From positions 16,842,606 through 16,906,605 of the forward strand of contig CM119267.1 in assembly GCA_051294375.1 (NCBI GenBank): 64,000 nt of DNA, given 5' to 3'. The notes under the pieces were generated by a model. That model did not search any database, was not told the origin of the DNA, and worked only from the letters and a program-made list of their open reading frames with translations. The translations under genes and the position numbers were made by a program. Below, piece by piece: positions 26,901-41,971 of the stretch (position 1 is its first letter; each line of letters starts with the position of its first letter). This DNA is from Paraspadella gotoi (lineage: Eukaryota; Animalia; Chaetognatha).

Positions 26901-29514
26901 CAATACCTTGTAACGCCTTTCAGTCGGCACGGCGGATTTTCTCGCGACGTGGCAAAGGTGAAAAAAGCTTGACGGTTTTTCTCTTTCGAAATTGAAACAG
27001 GAAGAAAAAAATTAAGTGGAGCTGTTGTTCTCTGATGCTCGATGCTTTTTTGTTTTTTCGTGGATAATTAGGGTCGTAACTCTCTGGTGCACAAATCAAT
27101 ATAGAAGAAGTTTAGGAGATTTCAAGAAATAAACAATTTTTCAAACGTTAAAAATAAATAAATAGAAACGCAAATATTTGTATCTAGATATTATTTGTCC
27201 GACAATTATTGTAAGGAAGATTTTTGCATTCGAAAACTCTCTATCTCTCTCTCTGTTTTTCTCTCTCTCTCTCTTATTACTTCTCCACTCTTACTATTAC
27301 CTCTCCCTCACTGCGAGGCCCCTCTCCCCCCCCACTCGCCCCCCCTTTATCCTCTGCCCCGCTCGATCCCGACGCTTTTTAGCCAATTTGTAAAACGTCA
27401 GGAAAAACAGATTTTTTTGACGAAAAACTGAAAAGATTTCGAACTGAAGACGAAGAAGAGGAGGGGGAGGAGGAGGAAGAGGAAGAAGAAAAGATGAAAA
27501 ATGGCCGCAGCCTTAAGGCGATCCTTCCGAATAGGGTTATCTCAGAGTTTTGCCAAAAACTTTTGGGAGTTATATAGGATTAGATTTCAGGAGGGTTTAT
27601 ATTTAATTATTTATATATTTTCTGATTTAAATTTGAATTAAACTGTTATTTTATTGAGAAAAATAAATTTTATTTGAATAATTTAAATTTATATTTAACT
27701 ACAAAGTAATCTGTCAAAAATATATTACTCTTTTTTTTTAATGTTTGATAAATAAATTGTTGAAAATTGTTAATTCATAATATTGATATAATATAAATTA
27801 TAAAATATACAGAATATCAATAAAAAAGTTTTTAAACGTTATGAAAATTTTCAAATTACTTATTTCACTATTTTCTTTTTTTTTTATTTTATGAAAGATT
27901 TACTTTTTAATCTATATTCTTTAAATATATGTATTGCTTTCTTTAAAAAAATTTACTGATGTCTGATCCCGGTCCAGCTAGAGTTGTATAGGGTTTAAAA
28001 AACTGTGAAGATGTTTGAAGTGAAAGTGAGGGTCCAAAGTGAGAAGTCGTTGGTGAAAAAGATTTCTGGGGTGGTGGTGGTGGTGGTGGTGGTGGTGGCG
28101 GAGGTGGTAGCGGTGGTGGTGATGGATATTGGATAATCGAGGGAGAAACAGATTAATACCCGACGAGTCTCGGCGACGCCTCAAGGGTTCGATAAGGTTT
28201 GGAGAAAGGAGGAGGAGGAGGAGGAGGAGAACAAGAAGGAGAACGAGGAGGAGAACGAGGAGAACGAGGAGGAAAAGGTAAGAGTCGATCGAGGGTAAAG
28301 GGAAGTGGAGATTAGGAAACCATTTTTTAGTCGGGAGTAAGGTAGTAAAGTGAAAGACTTAACGACGGAGGAAAATAGGAGAAGGGAAGATAAGAAAAGT
28401 TTAATGGGAAGGTAGGAGAGGAAGAGCATTGGTTAAGAGAGACGAGAGAGAGAAGAGAGAGATAGAGAGAGAGAAGAGTGAGATGAGAGGAGAGTTAAGA
28501 ATAAAGGCGGGTGTTGACTGTTAGACGGCGGGAGGAACAGAAAGTGCTGGTGTGAAGGAGAAAGAATTATGCAGAGCGCATTGGGGGGCGGGAAGAGTCA
28601 AGCAGATGAAAGTAGAAATAAGCTATTTAAATATGATACGCGCAGCGGTTTTTACAATAGGGGGGCGGCCTGTAGAAAGTAAGCATGGCCCGAAAGATTA
28701 CAAGAGAAAGAGACAATGGAAGATTGAGGGAGGAGCGAGAAGAGGAGGAGCGAAGAGGAAGTGCCAAAGGAAAAGCATCGTGACGTGACGATGACATATG
28801 AAGGCTTGCAGGCAAAGTAAAGACGTGACTTTGTTCGAAGATAGAACCCGGAGCTAAGAGAGAAGCGAGAGAAAGAGAGAGAGAGAGAGAGCAGAGAGAG
28901 AGAGAGAGCAGCAGAGCGATAGGAGAGAGAGGAGGAGAGGAGAGAGAGAGAAATATGAGCAAGGAATTTGAAGCCAGCGGAGAAAACGACAGTTTTCGCT
29001 CTTCAGTCGTCTTAACACTACCAAGATGCGCGTGGATCTACAGTCAACGACCAGCGGGCAGCCCAAAAGCGTCAACAACTGCCCATCACGCGCACCGGCC
29101 TGAGCGGGCCAACATCATCAGCCGCAGCATCGCCCTTCGAAATTATCAGAAATTAACGCGCGACCACATAAAGTTTGTTCCACTGATGTTTTCTGTTGCC
29201 ACTTGGAAAACCGTCGCTGGCATTTACATTAATTGCCCTTTTTTTTAATTCCTTTTCGAGCCTTTTTTTTTAAAATTGGATTATAAACTTTTAAAATAAT
29301 TATTGACGGCAAAAACCTGACTCTCCCCGCCTTTCTCCGAATAACCCCGCCGCCACTCTGCCTTACCTCTCTTTACCCTTATCTTGTCGGGGATCAAGGC
29401 CCCAGTGGGCCCCACCCTTTGTGAGGAATTCTCATCGACTCAAAAAACAATCTCGTCTCTTTCGTTCGCTCCCCATTATCGTATGCAAATGCAGAGCATG
29501 ACGAAATCGCGACA

Positions 29515-29576
<62 letters not shown>

Positions 29577-29638
29577 TTCTCTCTCGTTCTATTTCTTCTC
29601 TTTCTCTCTCTCTCTTCTCTCTCTCGTTCCTATTTCTT

Positions 29639-29725
<87 letters not shown>

Positions 29726-31590
29726 ATCTCCTTCTCAAGAACGGCAAAAGGGCAAAAGGATGAGAGAGAGAACAGAGAAGAGAGAAAAGCGAGCAGAAAA
29801 AAGAAAAAAAAAAACTCAAGACGAAAAAAAAGGATGGGCAGGAGAAGAAAAAAACATGAATGAGAAAAATGGAAAACAAAAACAAAGAAGAGCAAAATGG
29901 TCGAGGAAAGAGAGACAGAGCAAAGAGCTAGGGAGACTTCAATTTTTGGATACGCAAACCACAAATTTCTTTGCTTTCTCTTGAAGTTTTTTTTTTTCTC
30001 TCTCTCTCCACTTTTGGCAGAGTTGGAAATGTGTTTTCGAATCGGCGCAAATGGAAATCCCTAAGATGTGATCATATTTTTAGTGGAGACGAATTCATTT
30101 TTTATTGTTTAGAATTTGAAATGTATGATGTGAAATGCTTGCGATATTAGATTTCATCAAATTGAAAAAATTCTTTGAAATATTATACCACTTCATTGAT
30201 AGGGAAGCAGCTATTCTGCCGGAGTGAATAACCGAGGACTTGAGAGAGTCTTGTTTGAAAGCTTGCACGGACCTGCTATGTCTTTATCTTCATAAAGAGT
30301 GAGGAGGCCTTTAAACCACCATAGCCTCGTCCAAAGTCAGGCAGAACTTAGCCTTACTTAAATAATGAGTGTATAATTTTATATTGGTTGTTCCAATTTC
30401 ATACTTATCTCCCTCTTTCTCCCTCTTCTCTCTTCCCTCTCCCTTCTTTCTCTCTACTCGACTCGTTTCTCACCAAGACCTATAAATCAAGTCAAAGCCT
30501 TACCCTCAATTTTCGCAAGAATCATTACGAGTTTGCGAGCGAAACTGACGCTCTACTAAGCCGCTTCTCTTTCAATCCTCTCTCTCTCTCTCCTCTCTCT
30601 CTCCATCTCCTCTCTCTACTCTCTCTCTCTCGCCTGATTTTGTTCCAGCCTTTTCGATGATGACAAGGGCAGGGGGTCTCCGATCATCATTTGTTCATCG
30701 GAAAATTCGAGCCTAAAGTAGCGGCCGGTTCACCCCTTCCCTAGCTCTCTCGCGCTCTCTTCTCACTCTCCCCTCCTGCCAATCCTGCCAATCCTCCTGC
30801 CAACCTCCTGCCAATCCTATCATGTAATGAAAATTCCATATCTTTCCTTTAATCTTTCGTTCCCACTAACGAATACGGAAACTTACCCTCCATTATTTAT
30901 ATTTTAAAATCCCTGAACTTAATTAGAAACGTAATTTAAACTGAAAAAAAACATTTCTGTTCTTAATCCCTAAACTTAACATAAACCTTATTATCAACCC
31001 TAAAAACCATTCGGTTTCTTAATAGCCTAAAACTTAATTCAAAACCTAAAGACCAGTTTAATTGCTGATTAAAACTGAACAGTTTCGCGCTTTTTAACAA
31101 TTCCCCCCCCCATTGTTTACCCTCCATTTTCTAAAAAACAGCTTTTTTCGTCAACTTCCCCTCGTTCCCCATTCTTTTTCCCCGACACTCAATCCCCTCC
31201 TTTTCCCCAACCTGTTTGGGGGAAGGGGCGTCAGTCGAGGGTCAGATCTAAGGTTCAACCATGGCTCGGCCGTCAGACGTCAAGCGTGCACGAAAGAAGC
31301 GCCTCGGGCGCCGCTGACTTTGCACGGCGTCGTCGTCGCCGTCGTTAGTCCTGACCTCTACTTGTCATTTGTGAGTTTTTCCTCTTCGTCATCGATCTTT
31401 TCTTTCGTCCTTTGTCGTCGTCAGCCTCGATTTCATCACTTGTTCAATTATCGTTTGTTTTTTTTTTTATTATTATTAACTATTATTATATAATTTATAA
31501 CCTGCCGTATAAAACTCCGTCCAAAATTTAAAATCGTGATAATCGGACATTTGATAACATCATCATCCTCATTTCATTATCATCTTCGCT

Positions 31591-31621
<31 letters not shown>

Positions 31622-34505
31622 ATCATCATCATCATCATCCATCATCATCATCCATCATTCATCATCATTCACATCATCATCATCGACTTCCATTGATCGA
31701 ACCTCCAAGCCCAGCAATCTCATCTTCACCGAAGAGAAAGGCGCTCGCAGCGGGGTGGCCGACTTATGCGGAGTGACGCCGCTTCCCTAATTTCGACGCC
31801 GCCGCCGCCTGCCACGCCGCCGCCAACGAAGGGCGGGAGAGACGGCGCCATCGATCTTTTCGCGGCGTGTTTTTCGTCGACGGGCGAGACGATTCGTAGT
31901 CGCGCGGTAGCGGACAACAAGATCAGGCGTTTTGTCTCCGCTCGAAAAAAAAGAAATGGCCTCCCCGGTCGTGGCAGCATCGGGACGCATGGAAATCCGG
32001 AGAGATGAACTCCAGAGCTATGGGATCGCCTCCCTCCCTCCCGCCGAGGAGTCGCCAAATGAAGGAGAGACGTCGAAAACTACTGGCGCCAAAGATTAGT
32101 GGGAAAAGCGTCGGATTTTGGAGCTATCGGAAATTAATTAGGCCTGATAGACAATTACACAACGGCGAAACTAAAATTTGTCTCTCAAAATCGACTCATT
32201 GACATTACTCATTTTATTCATTTCATTGCTACACGATTTGATTTCTTTAAGAATATAACTTTCTTTTTCTTATATTCCCCTTTCTTTTTCTGAGTTTCCT
32301 TACCCTAAACTTTAGCTTTCCTCTTTTTTTTCGTTTCCTCACCGAATTCCGAACCTCAACGCCCAGTGACTCGTTAACGAGGCGCAAACTTTCACCCAAA
32401 TTCTAATTCCGCAAATCTCGGCATGCAAACGTCTCCTAGCAACAAGGAAGCGAGTGTCTTCGGTCCGGTTGACGCCTGCAATTAGTTGCGCATTACAGCA
32501 AAATATCAATAATGGTTCAACAACATCCTCTCAATGATTGGAAATGAAATATAATTTAGTTAGTGGATCCGACGTCTAATTGCGCTACTAGTAAATAAAC
32601 ATCCAACGTTCGACCTGAACGGAGAAAAAGGATACTCAGCTTACGAGGAAAAGTCGTTGCCTGAATGGCACATGCACAGGACGAGCCAGAACATGAATTC
32701 GGTTTGTAAAGTATGTGTAAGTCGGGTGGCGGGTCGCGGCTTGGCGCTTCTAAGATTGACTTTGAACGTCGCCGCCCCGCCATTCTTACGTGCGCCTCGC
32801 ACCGCGGACGTTCGCAGAAAACCGCCGCGCGTTCATCGACGCTACGAAGGTCGCCCCCCCTCTCTCTCTCTCTCTCCGCCGCGCCTTCTGTCTTACGCCA
32901 CCGCAAAAGTTTTAAAAAAAACCATTGTGCGCATTCTGCATTCAGCGCAAAACGCATTATGACTTATTTGCTTTTCTTTCGCTCGAAGTTGCAGAATCGG
33001 CGCCGACGTTTCGCGGGTTGACGCGGGATTGCCGATGACGCCCGGGCTTTGCGTGGGCGACGCTGCCACGGGGCGGTCGTGTTTTAAAAAAAAACTAGCG
33101 GTGATGACGAGAAGCCGTGTGAAGCCGTCTTTCTTACGCCCCCCCCCCCCCCCACTGCAGTTGCCGTAAACAAATCAATTGACTCTAGAGAACTATAACA
33201 ATGCAGCAATTTTAGCAGAATTAGGAACGTTATAGAAAATTTTTGCATGTGGCTTAGACCACGTCCGCGTTGTATGCATTACTCACCGATGATAAAAATA
33301 AGCTGTTATATACTTAGATTTTCACCGTGTAATGATTCTCACTGCGTTCACGATTGAGCTAGAGCAGCTATGCGTAGTAGAGGACGGTGCTGGATAACCA
33401 AAGTTGGCGCGGCTTGAAGCGGGAACGGCCGTCGCAGCGGCGCGCCGGCGACCTCGCAGCGCCGCATCCGCGCCAACGACGACGACGACGACGACCGGCG
33501 CGCCCTATTCATCATTAGCCATTAGAACGGAAGAAAAAAAACCGAGACTCCCATACTTCTCTCTTTNNNNNNNNNNNNNNNNNNNNNNNNNAAGGGTGTT
33601 GACTGTTGAGACGGCGGGAGAAAGTGTGGTGTGAAGGAGAAAGAATTATGAGAGCGATTGGGGGGCGGGAAGAGTCAAGCAGATGAAAGTAGAAATAAGT
33701 ATTTAAATATGAAGCAGCGGTACAATAGGTGGTAGAAAGTGAAGTGGAAAGATAAAGGAGAAAGAGAAATAGGAAGATGAGGAGGAGGAGGAGGAGGAGG
33801 AAGAGGAAGTGCCAAAGGAAAAGCACGTGACGTGAGATGACATATGAAGTTGAGGAAAGTAAAGACGTGACTTTGTTCGAAGATAGAACCCGGAGCTAAG
33901 AGAGAAGCGAGAGAAAGAGAGAGAGAGAGAGAGCAGAGAGAGAGAGAGAGCAGCAGAGCGATAGGAGAGAGAGGAGGAGAGGAGAGAGAGAGAAATATGA
34001 GAAGGAATTTGAAGCCGCGGAAGAAAAACGAAGTTTCGCGCTTCAGAGTTTAACTACCAAGATGGGTGGATCTACAGTCACGACAGCGGGAGCAAAAGCG
34101 TCAACAACTGCATCAGCTACGGCAGCGGCAACATCATCAGCCGCAGCATCGCCTTTCGAAATTATCAGAAATTAACGGGACAATAAAGTTTGTTCCACTG
34201 ATGTTTCTGTTGCACTTGAAAACCGTCGCTGGCATTTAATAATTGCCTTTTATCCTTCGAGCCTTTTTTTTTAAAATTGGATTATAACTTTAAAATAATT
34301 ATGAGGAAAAACCCTTGACTCTCCCCGCCTTTCTCCGATTAACCCCGCCGCACTCTGCCTTACCTCTCTTTACCCTTATCTTGTCGGGGATCAAGGCCCC
34401 AGTGGCCCCACCCTTTGTGAGGAATTCTCATCGACGTCAAAAACAATCGTCTCTTTCGTCGTCCCCATTATCGTATGCAAATGAGAAGATGACGAAATCG
34501 CGACA

Positions 34506-34579
<74 letters not shown>

Positions 34580-34630
34580 GTTCTATTTCTCTCTTTTCTC
34601 TCTCTTTCTCTCTCTCTCTTCTCTCTCTCG

Positions 34631-34735
<105 letters not shown>

Positions 34736-35149
34736 ATCTCCTTCTCAAGAAACGGCAAAAGGGCAAAGGATTGAGAGAGAGAAACAGAGAAGAGAGAAAA
34801 GCGACAGAAAAAAGAAAAAAAAAAACTCAAGACGAAAAAAAAGATGGGCAGAGAAGAAAAAAATGAAGGAGAAAAATGGGAAGAAAACAAAAAAAAAGAG
34901 AGAAAATGGTCGGGAAAGAGAGACATGAAGAAAGAGTAGGGAGACTCAATTTTGGAGACGCAAACACAAATTTCTTTCTCTCTCTTGAAGTTTTTTTTCT
35001 CTCTCTCTCTCCACTTTGGAGAGTTGGAAATGTTGTTTTCGAATCGGCGCAAATGGAATCCCTAAGATGGATCATATTTTTGTGGAGACGAATATTTTTT
35101 ATTGTTTAGAATTTGAAATGTAGTTGATGTGAAATGTTTGCGATATTAG

Positions 35150-35360
35150 ATTCATCAATTGAAAAATTCTTTGAAATATTATACCACTTCATTGATAGGG
35201 AAGCCAGGTATTCTGGGAGTGAATAAACGAGACTGTGAGAGAGTCTTGTTTGAAAGCTTGCACGGACCTGCTATGTCTTTATCTTGTAAGAGTGATGGAG
35301 GCCTTAAACCACCATAGCCTGGCCAAAGTCAGGGAGATCTTAGCTTGCTTAAAAAATGAG
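35150..35360 (+). repeat. Unclassified ~200-bp interspersed repeat, also at ~30150-30360, ~6257-6400, ~5870-5980 and ~600-725
   Basis: Shared core GGGAAGCCAGGTAYTCTGG..GTGAATAAACGAGACTGTGAGAGAGTCTTG.TTGAAAGC in different flanking contexts. Confidence 0.6.
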
Positions 35361-35562
35361 TGTATAATTTTATATTGGTTGTTTCAATTTCATACTTATC
35401 TCCCTCTTTCTCCCTTCTTCTCTCTTCCCTCTCCCTCTCTTCTTCTCTACTCGACTCGTTTCTCACCAAGACCTTAAATCAAGTCAAAGCCTCTACCCTC
35501 AATTTTCGCAAGAATCATTACGAGTTTGCGAGGAAACTGACGTCTACTAAGCCGCTTCTCTT

Positions 35563-35665
<103 letters not shown>

Positions 35666-36541
35666 CTGATTTTTGTTCCAGCCTTTTGATGATGAAAGGG
35701 AGGGGTCGCCGATCATCATTTGTTCATCGGAAAATTCGCCTAAAAGAAGCGGCCGGTTCCCCTCTCCCTAGCTCTCTCGCGCTCTCTCTCACTCTCCCCT
35801 CCTGCCAATCCTATCATGTAATGAAACCCATATTTCCTTTATCTTCGTTCCCACTACGTAATACGAAACTACCCTCCATTATTTATAATTTTAAAATCCC
35901 TAAACTTAATTAGAAACGTAATTTAAACTGAAAAAAAACATTTCTGTTCCTTAATCCCTAAACTTAACATAAACCTTATATCAACCCTAAAAACCATTCG
36001 TTTCCTAAAGCCTAAACTTAATTCAAACCTAAGACCAGTTTAATTGCTGAATTTAAACTGAAGAGTGTCGCTTTTTAACAATTCCCCCCCCCCATTTTTT
36101 ACCCTCCATTTTAAAAACAGCTTTTTTCGTCAATTCCCCTCGTCCCCCATTCTTTTTCCCCGACCACTCAATCCCCAACCTGTTGGGGAAGGGGGTCAGT
36201 CGAGGTCAGATTCTAAGGTCAACCATGGCTAGGGTCAGACGTCAAAGCGTGACGAAAGAAGTGCCTCGGGCGCCGCTGACGTGCACGGCGTCGTCGTCGT
36301 CGTCGTTTATCGTTGACCTCTCTTGTCATTTGTGAGTTTTTCCTCTTCGTTCATCGATGTTCTTTGTCCTTTGTCGTCGTCAGCCTCGATTTATCATTGT
36401 TCAATTATCGTTTTGTTTTTTTTTATTTATTAATATTATTATAAATTTTATAACCTGCGTATAAAAACTCCGTCCAAAATTTAAAATCGTGATAATCGGA
36501 ATTGATAACATCATCATCCTCATTTCGTTATCATCTTCGCT

Positions 36542-36543
<2 letters not shown>

Positions 36544-36633
<90 letters not shown>
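36544..36633 (+). repeat. (CAT)n microsatellite, about 30 units
   Basis: Directly visible. A noisy counterpart is at ~31592-31684. Confidence 0.95.
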
Positions 36634-36634
<1 letters not shown>

Positions 36635-39261
36635 GACTTCCATTGATCGAACCTCAAGCAGCATCTCATCCTTCAACCGAAGAGAAAGGCGCCGCAGCGG
36701 GTGGCGACTTATGGAGTGACGCCGCTTCCTAATTTCGACGCCGCCGCCGCTGACGCCGCCGCCAACGAAGCGGGAGAGACGGCGCCATCGATCTTTCGCG
36801 GTTTTTCGACGGATGGGGAGACGATTTCGAGTCGCGGGTGGCGACAACAAGATCAGGGTTTTGTCTCCGCTCGAAAAAAAAGAAATGGCCTCCCCGTCGT
36901 GGAGCATCGGGACGATGGAATCCGGAGAGATGGAACTCCAGAGCTATGGATCGCCTCCCTCCTCCCGCGAGAGTCGAAATGAAGAGAGACGTCGAAACTC
37001 TGACGCAAAGATTAGTGGAAAGCGTCGGATTTTGGAGTATCGGAAATTAGGGTAGACGATTACACAAGTTTGATTTTTTTAAACGGGAAACTAAAATTTG
37101 TCTTCTCAAATCGACTCACTTGACTTACTCATTTTATTCATTTCATTGTACAGATTTTATTTCTTTAAGAATATAACTTTCTTTTTCTTATATTCCCCTT
37201 TCTTTTTTCTTGAGTTTCCTTACCCTAAACTTATCTTTCCTCCTTTTTTTTCGTTTCCTCACCGGAATTCGACCTCGACGCCCAGTGACTCGTTAACGAG
37301 CGAACTTTCACCCAAATTCTAATTCCGCCAAATCGCGGATGCAAACGTCTCCTAGCAACAAGGAAGCGAGTGTCTTCGGTCGTTGACGCCTGCAATTAGT
37401 GCGATTACAGAAAATATCAATAATGTCAACAAATCCTTCAATGTTGGAAATGAAATATAATTTAGTAGTGGATCCGACGTCTACTTGCGTACATAGTAAA
37501 TAAACAGTCCAACGTTCGACCCTGAACGGAGAAAAAGGAATTCAGCTTACGAGGAAAAGTCGTTGCTGAATGGCAATGAAGGACGAGCCCAGAAATGAAT
37601 TGGGTGAAAGTTGGTAAGGGTGGCGGTCGGGCTTGGCGTCCTAAGATTGACTTAAACCTCGCGCGCCATCTTACGTGCACCTCGCACGCGGACGTTCGAG
37701 AAAACCGCGCGGTCATCGACGCTACGAAGTCGCGCCCCCCCCCTCTCTCTCTCTCTCTCTCTCCCGCGCGCCTTCGCTTACGGACGCAAAGTTAAAAAAA
37801 AAACCATTTGTGCGCCATTGTTGCATTCAGCGGCAAAACGCATTATGACTTATTGCTTTTCTTTCGCTCGAAGTTGCAGATCGGCGCCGACGTTTCGGGG
37901 TGACGCCGGGATTGCCGAGTGACGCCCGGGTTGCGGGGCGACGCCGCCGACGGGGGGTGTTTAAAAAAAATAGGGGATGGCAAGAAGCGTGTGAAGGTCT
38001 TTCTTACGCTGCAGTTGCGTAAAAATCAAATTGACTCTACGAACTAGAACTGCAGCAATTTTAGGCAGAATTAGGAAGTTATAGAAACATTTTGATGTGG
38101 TTAGACCACGTCCGCGTTGTATGCATTACTCACCGATGTAAAATAAAGCTGTTGTATACTAGATTTTCACCGGTGTAATGATCTCACTGGTTCACGGTTG
38201 TACAGCAGCTTATGCGTAGTAGAGAGGTGCTGGATAAGCAAAGTGGCGCGGTGAAGCGGGACGGCGTCGCAGGGCGGCGCCGGCGACCCTCGCAGCGCCG
38301 CATCCGGCCAACGACGACGACGACGACGACCGGCGCCCATCATCATTAGAAACGAAGAAAAGAAAAACCGAGACTCGACAGATTATTTTTCCATTTTCCT
38401 TTCTGTAGCCAACAAAAAAAAATTGCGAGTAGAAAGAAAAGAGAGAAAAAGGAAAAAGGAAAAAGTTTTTTCGCTAAAGGAAAATGAAAAAAAAAGATGG
38501 GGAGAGAGCGAGAAAGGAGGGAAAGAAGATAAGAAGGGGGAAAAAATGTAAAGTAATAAGAAAAAGAAAAGGAAAGAAAGAGGATGAAAGGAAAAGCAAG
38601 GCGATTCCTTGTCATTCTCTCTCGACAAGGCGAAAAACACTAATCGCCAAGTTGCGCCGAAGAAATTAGATTTGAAAGGTTAAAAACTCGCGCCGGGATT
38701 TTTAAGAATAATTGAAGGAAACTTTTTTCTTTCGTTGTTGGTTGTTTTTTTTAGTTCAATTTATTTTGTATTACGTAAGCGGAGCGTGTTGGATCGAGTA
38801 GGAGTTGAGAAATAAAAAGCATAATTAAGAAATCGAGAAAGTGAAAAAAAATATAGTCAATAATAAAAACCAGAAGGCAGAGTGACTTTTTGTCACAAGG
38901 CAAAAGGCGAAGTTTTTCTAAAGAAAATATTTTGAGCGAGTAAGTTGTTTCAGCCATTTTATTTTATTTTTTTAATGGTTGATGACGATTTTGTTATTAA
39001 CTTATAAATACTTGGTTGCTCGTGCGATATTTTATTGTTGTATCTCTAAAAATACTGGACGCTTTCTGGAAGCAGTTGCTGTATTTTCTGGGAATGACAA
39101 AAAAAGACAAGACGACGACGATGACGATAACGACGACGCCGACGACGACGACGACGACGACGACGACGCTCACGCAGTAAAACCGGAAACGACTTTTGGC
39201 GTCGGAAAGATGACGCGAATGCGACCGAACCGCTGTGGAGTCGAATTCACTATGAGAGAGA

Positions 39262-39303
<42 letters not shown>

Positions 39304-39304
39304 G

Positions 39305-39336
<32 letters not shown>

Positions 39337-40742
39337 GCGGAGCGAGAGATGAGAGAGAGAAAGATTGACAGACAGGGAGAAGTAGAGGGAATCGGAGGTC
39401 GCGCTTGTTTTGAAAACAAGAGTAAATCCGAATCGTCATCGTCGTCGTCGTCGTCGTTTTCGTCGTTTTCGTCGTTTTCGTCGTTGTCGTTGTTTTTAAA
39501 AATAGTGGAGGTAGACAGAAGACAAACTAACTTCGAGGCAACATGTTACTTGTACAACGATCTTCTTGCGATTGAGACATAATGAAGATATTAGAGAGAG
39601 ATATTAATGATATAACTAAATACAGAAATATAGGCAGTTAGGCATAGCCTATTCAAAGTCAGTGGAAAGATAGTTTACTTGTACCTATAAAATCGATGGA
39701 TAACTTTATATTGCATTGCGGTGAGACGGACGAATCTCCGTTAAAAGAAGTGAGTCTTTTCGATAGAGTGAATGCCCGCCGAGATTCACTCAATTAAGCG
39801 CTTCGGATCGAATTTTCTTTATCGTGGCCTCGACTCTGGCGTTCAACGACTTTCGGTCAAACGCCTCAAATGACACGTTTACGCTCCACTCGTTCAAGTT
39901 CTTCACCTTTTTTTTTTTTTTTTTTTTTTGCCCCAAGGGTCCTTTAAAAAAAAAGTCTCTAAAGCAGCGAGCCGGGTATTTTTTTTTCTTTCTCTCTTTT
40001 ATTTTCCCCGCTACTTTCTTTTTTTCTTTTCTCTCACTTTGCTTTCTTCTTTCTCCTCTCCTTTTCTATTCTCTCAAACTCTTTTCTCGTTTAATTCTAA
40101 TTTTATTTAGATTTTTCCCTTTTCCTTTTTCTTTTCTTTAAGATTTTTCTCTTTTACTTTTGCTTTCTTTAATCATATTCTATTCTCTGTATCCTCATAG
40201 TTTTTTTTTCTATTTCTACTTTCTCATTTTTATTTTTCTATGTATACTTCATACTTTCTATTTATACTTTCTGGTCTTTTTTTTTTTATTCTCTCTATTT
40301 TCCCTTAAATGTCTAAATTTTCCTCATCTTTCTCTCGACCCTTTCTCAAACTCTTTTTCTCTCCCCAATTTCTACCTTCCTCCTTTCCTACTTTCCTTCT
40401 CTACCCACGCTCCTCTCTCTCTCTCCCTCTCTCTCTCTCTATCTCCCTCTCTCTCTATCTCTCTCTATCTCTCTCTCCCTCTCTCTCTCTCTTGAATCCC
40501 AGCCAAACATCGTCCGCGCTCGTTGGAAATTCAACAAGGAAAAAATCAAATGACGATTTTTCTTTGGATTTTCTCCAAAACTCTTTTTGATCCTGTTTTG
40601 GATTTTTCCGTCTTCGGCCGAAAAAAAATGGGATTTCGGATCGAAACTGAAAAACGGGAAGTGAAAAAATCGAAAGTCTATTTTTCGAGCCGCTTTGTTT
40701 GGGTGATAAGAAAGGAAAGGTACCTATGAAATTTGAAAATTT

Positions 40743-40897
<155 letters not shown>

Positions 40898-41931
40898 GTT
40901 ACTTTATTTTATTTTATTTTCAGATTAAGCTTATTTGAGACCAACATTACAAAATGAAACAAAGAAACGAACTAAATTCTCCGCTAAACAAACGCAAAAT
41001 GCCAGCAATTTTCGTCACAATCACGAGCCCCCCCCCCCACAATCTATCCCCCCCATCCCCTCCGCCCGTGCAGCCCATCGATTTCCGTCGAAATGCCCGA
41101 GCGCGCGCGAGACTTCTTGATTTTCTTGGCTCGCGACTCGAAGACGCGTCACGCCCTTTAAGACGCACGTGGGAACGTCGGCGCCGCGCGAGAATGAGGA
41201 TCTAATTAGCGCCGGAAGATAGGGNNNNNNNNNNNNNNNNNNNNNNNNNNNNNNNNNNNNNNNNNNNNNNNNNNNNNNNNNNNNNNNNNNNNNNNNNNNN
41301 NNNNNNNNNNNNNNNNNNNNNNNNNNNNNNNNNNNNNNNNNNNNNNNNNNNNNNNNNNNNNNNNNNNNNNNNNNNNNNNNNNNNNNNNNNNNNNNNNNNN
41401 NNNNNNNNNNNNNNNNNNNNNNNNNNNNNNNNNNNNNNNNNNNNNNNNNNNNNNNNNNNNNNNNNNNNNNNNNNNNNNNNNNNNNNNNNNNNNNGAGCAA
41501 AGATAAAACAATTCCTTCGTCGGTGGTCGCTAATTCGAGAAGCGATTCCGATTGCAAATCTCGGAACGGCTCAAGAGGAAGACGAAAACAACGACTGGGA
41601 AGACGACGACAACAACGACGACGACGACGACGACGACCAAGGAGAGATCGATGAGAAAGACGATTTGAGAAGCAAAGTTGGGTTTCGAGCGAGGAATGGC
41701 GCGAAAGGCAGAAATGTTTTGAAACAAACGTTGGGAAACTTTGAGCTTTTTAAATCGTTTTAAAGCGAGCGTCTCGCGGTGGAAGAAAAATAGTTTAAAG
41801 GCAGGTTTTAATTTTAGTTGCAGATTTTTAAAAAGTAGAGCCATCTGAGAGAACGTATGTATTAATTTAATTTATAAACTACAGATTATTTTTTATTTCA
41901 TTTCAATTTTTATTTATTCACCACTCTTTAA

Positions 41932-41971
<40 letters not shown>

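Noticed and set aside
27590-28500. Strongly C-depleted, strand-asymmetric segment
   Set aside because: It lies at the edge of a gap-fill extension and most likely reflects degraded long-read sequence rather than a biological signal.
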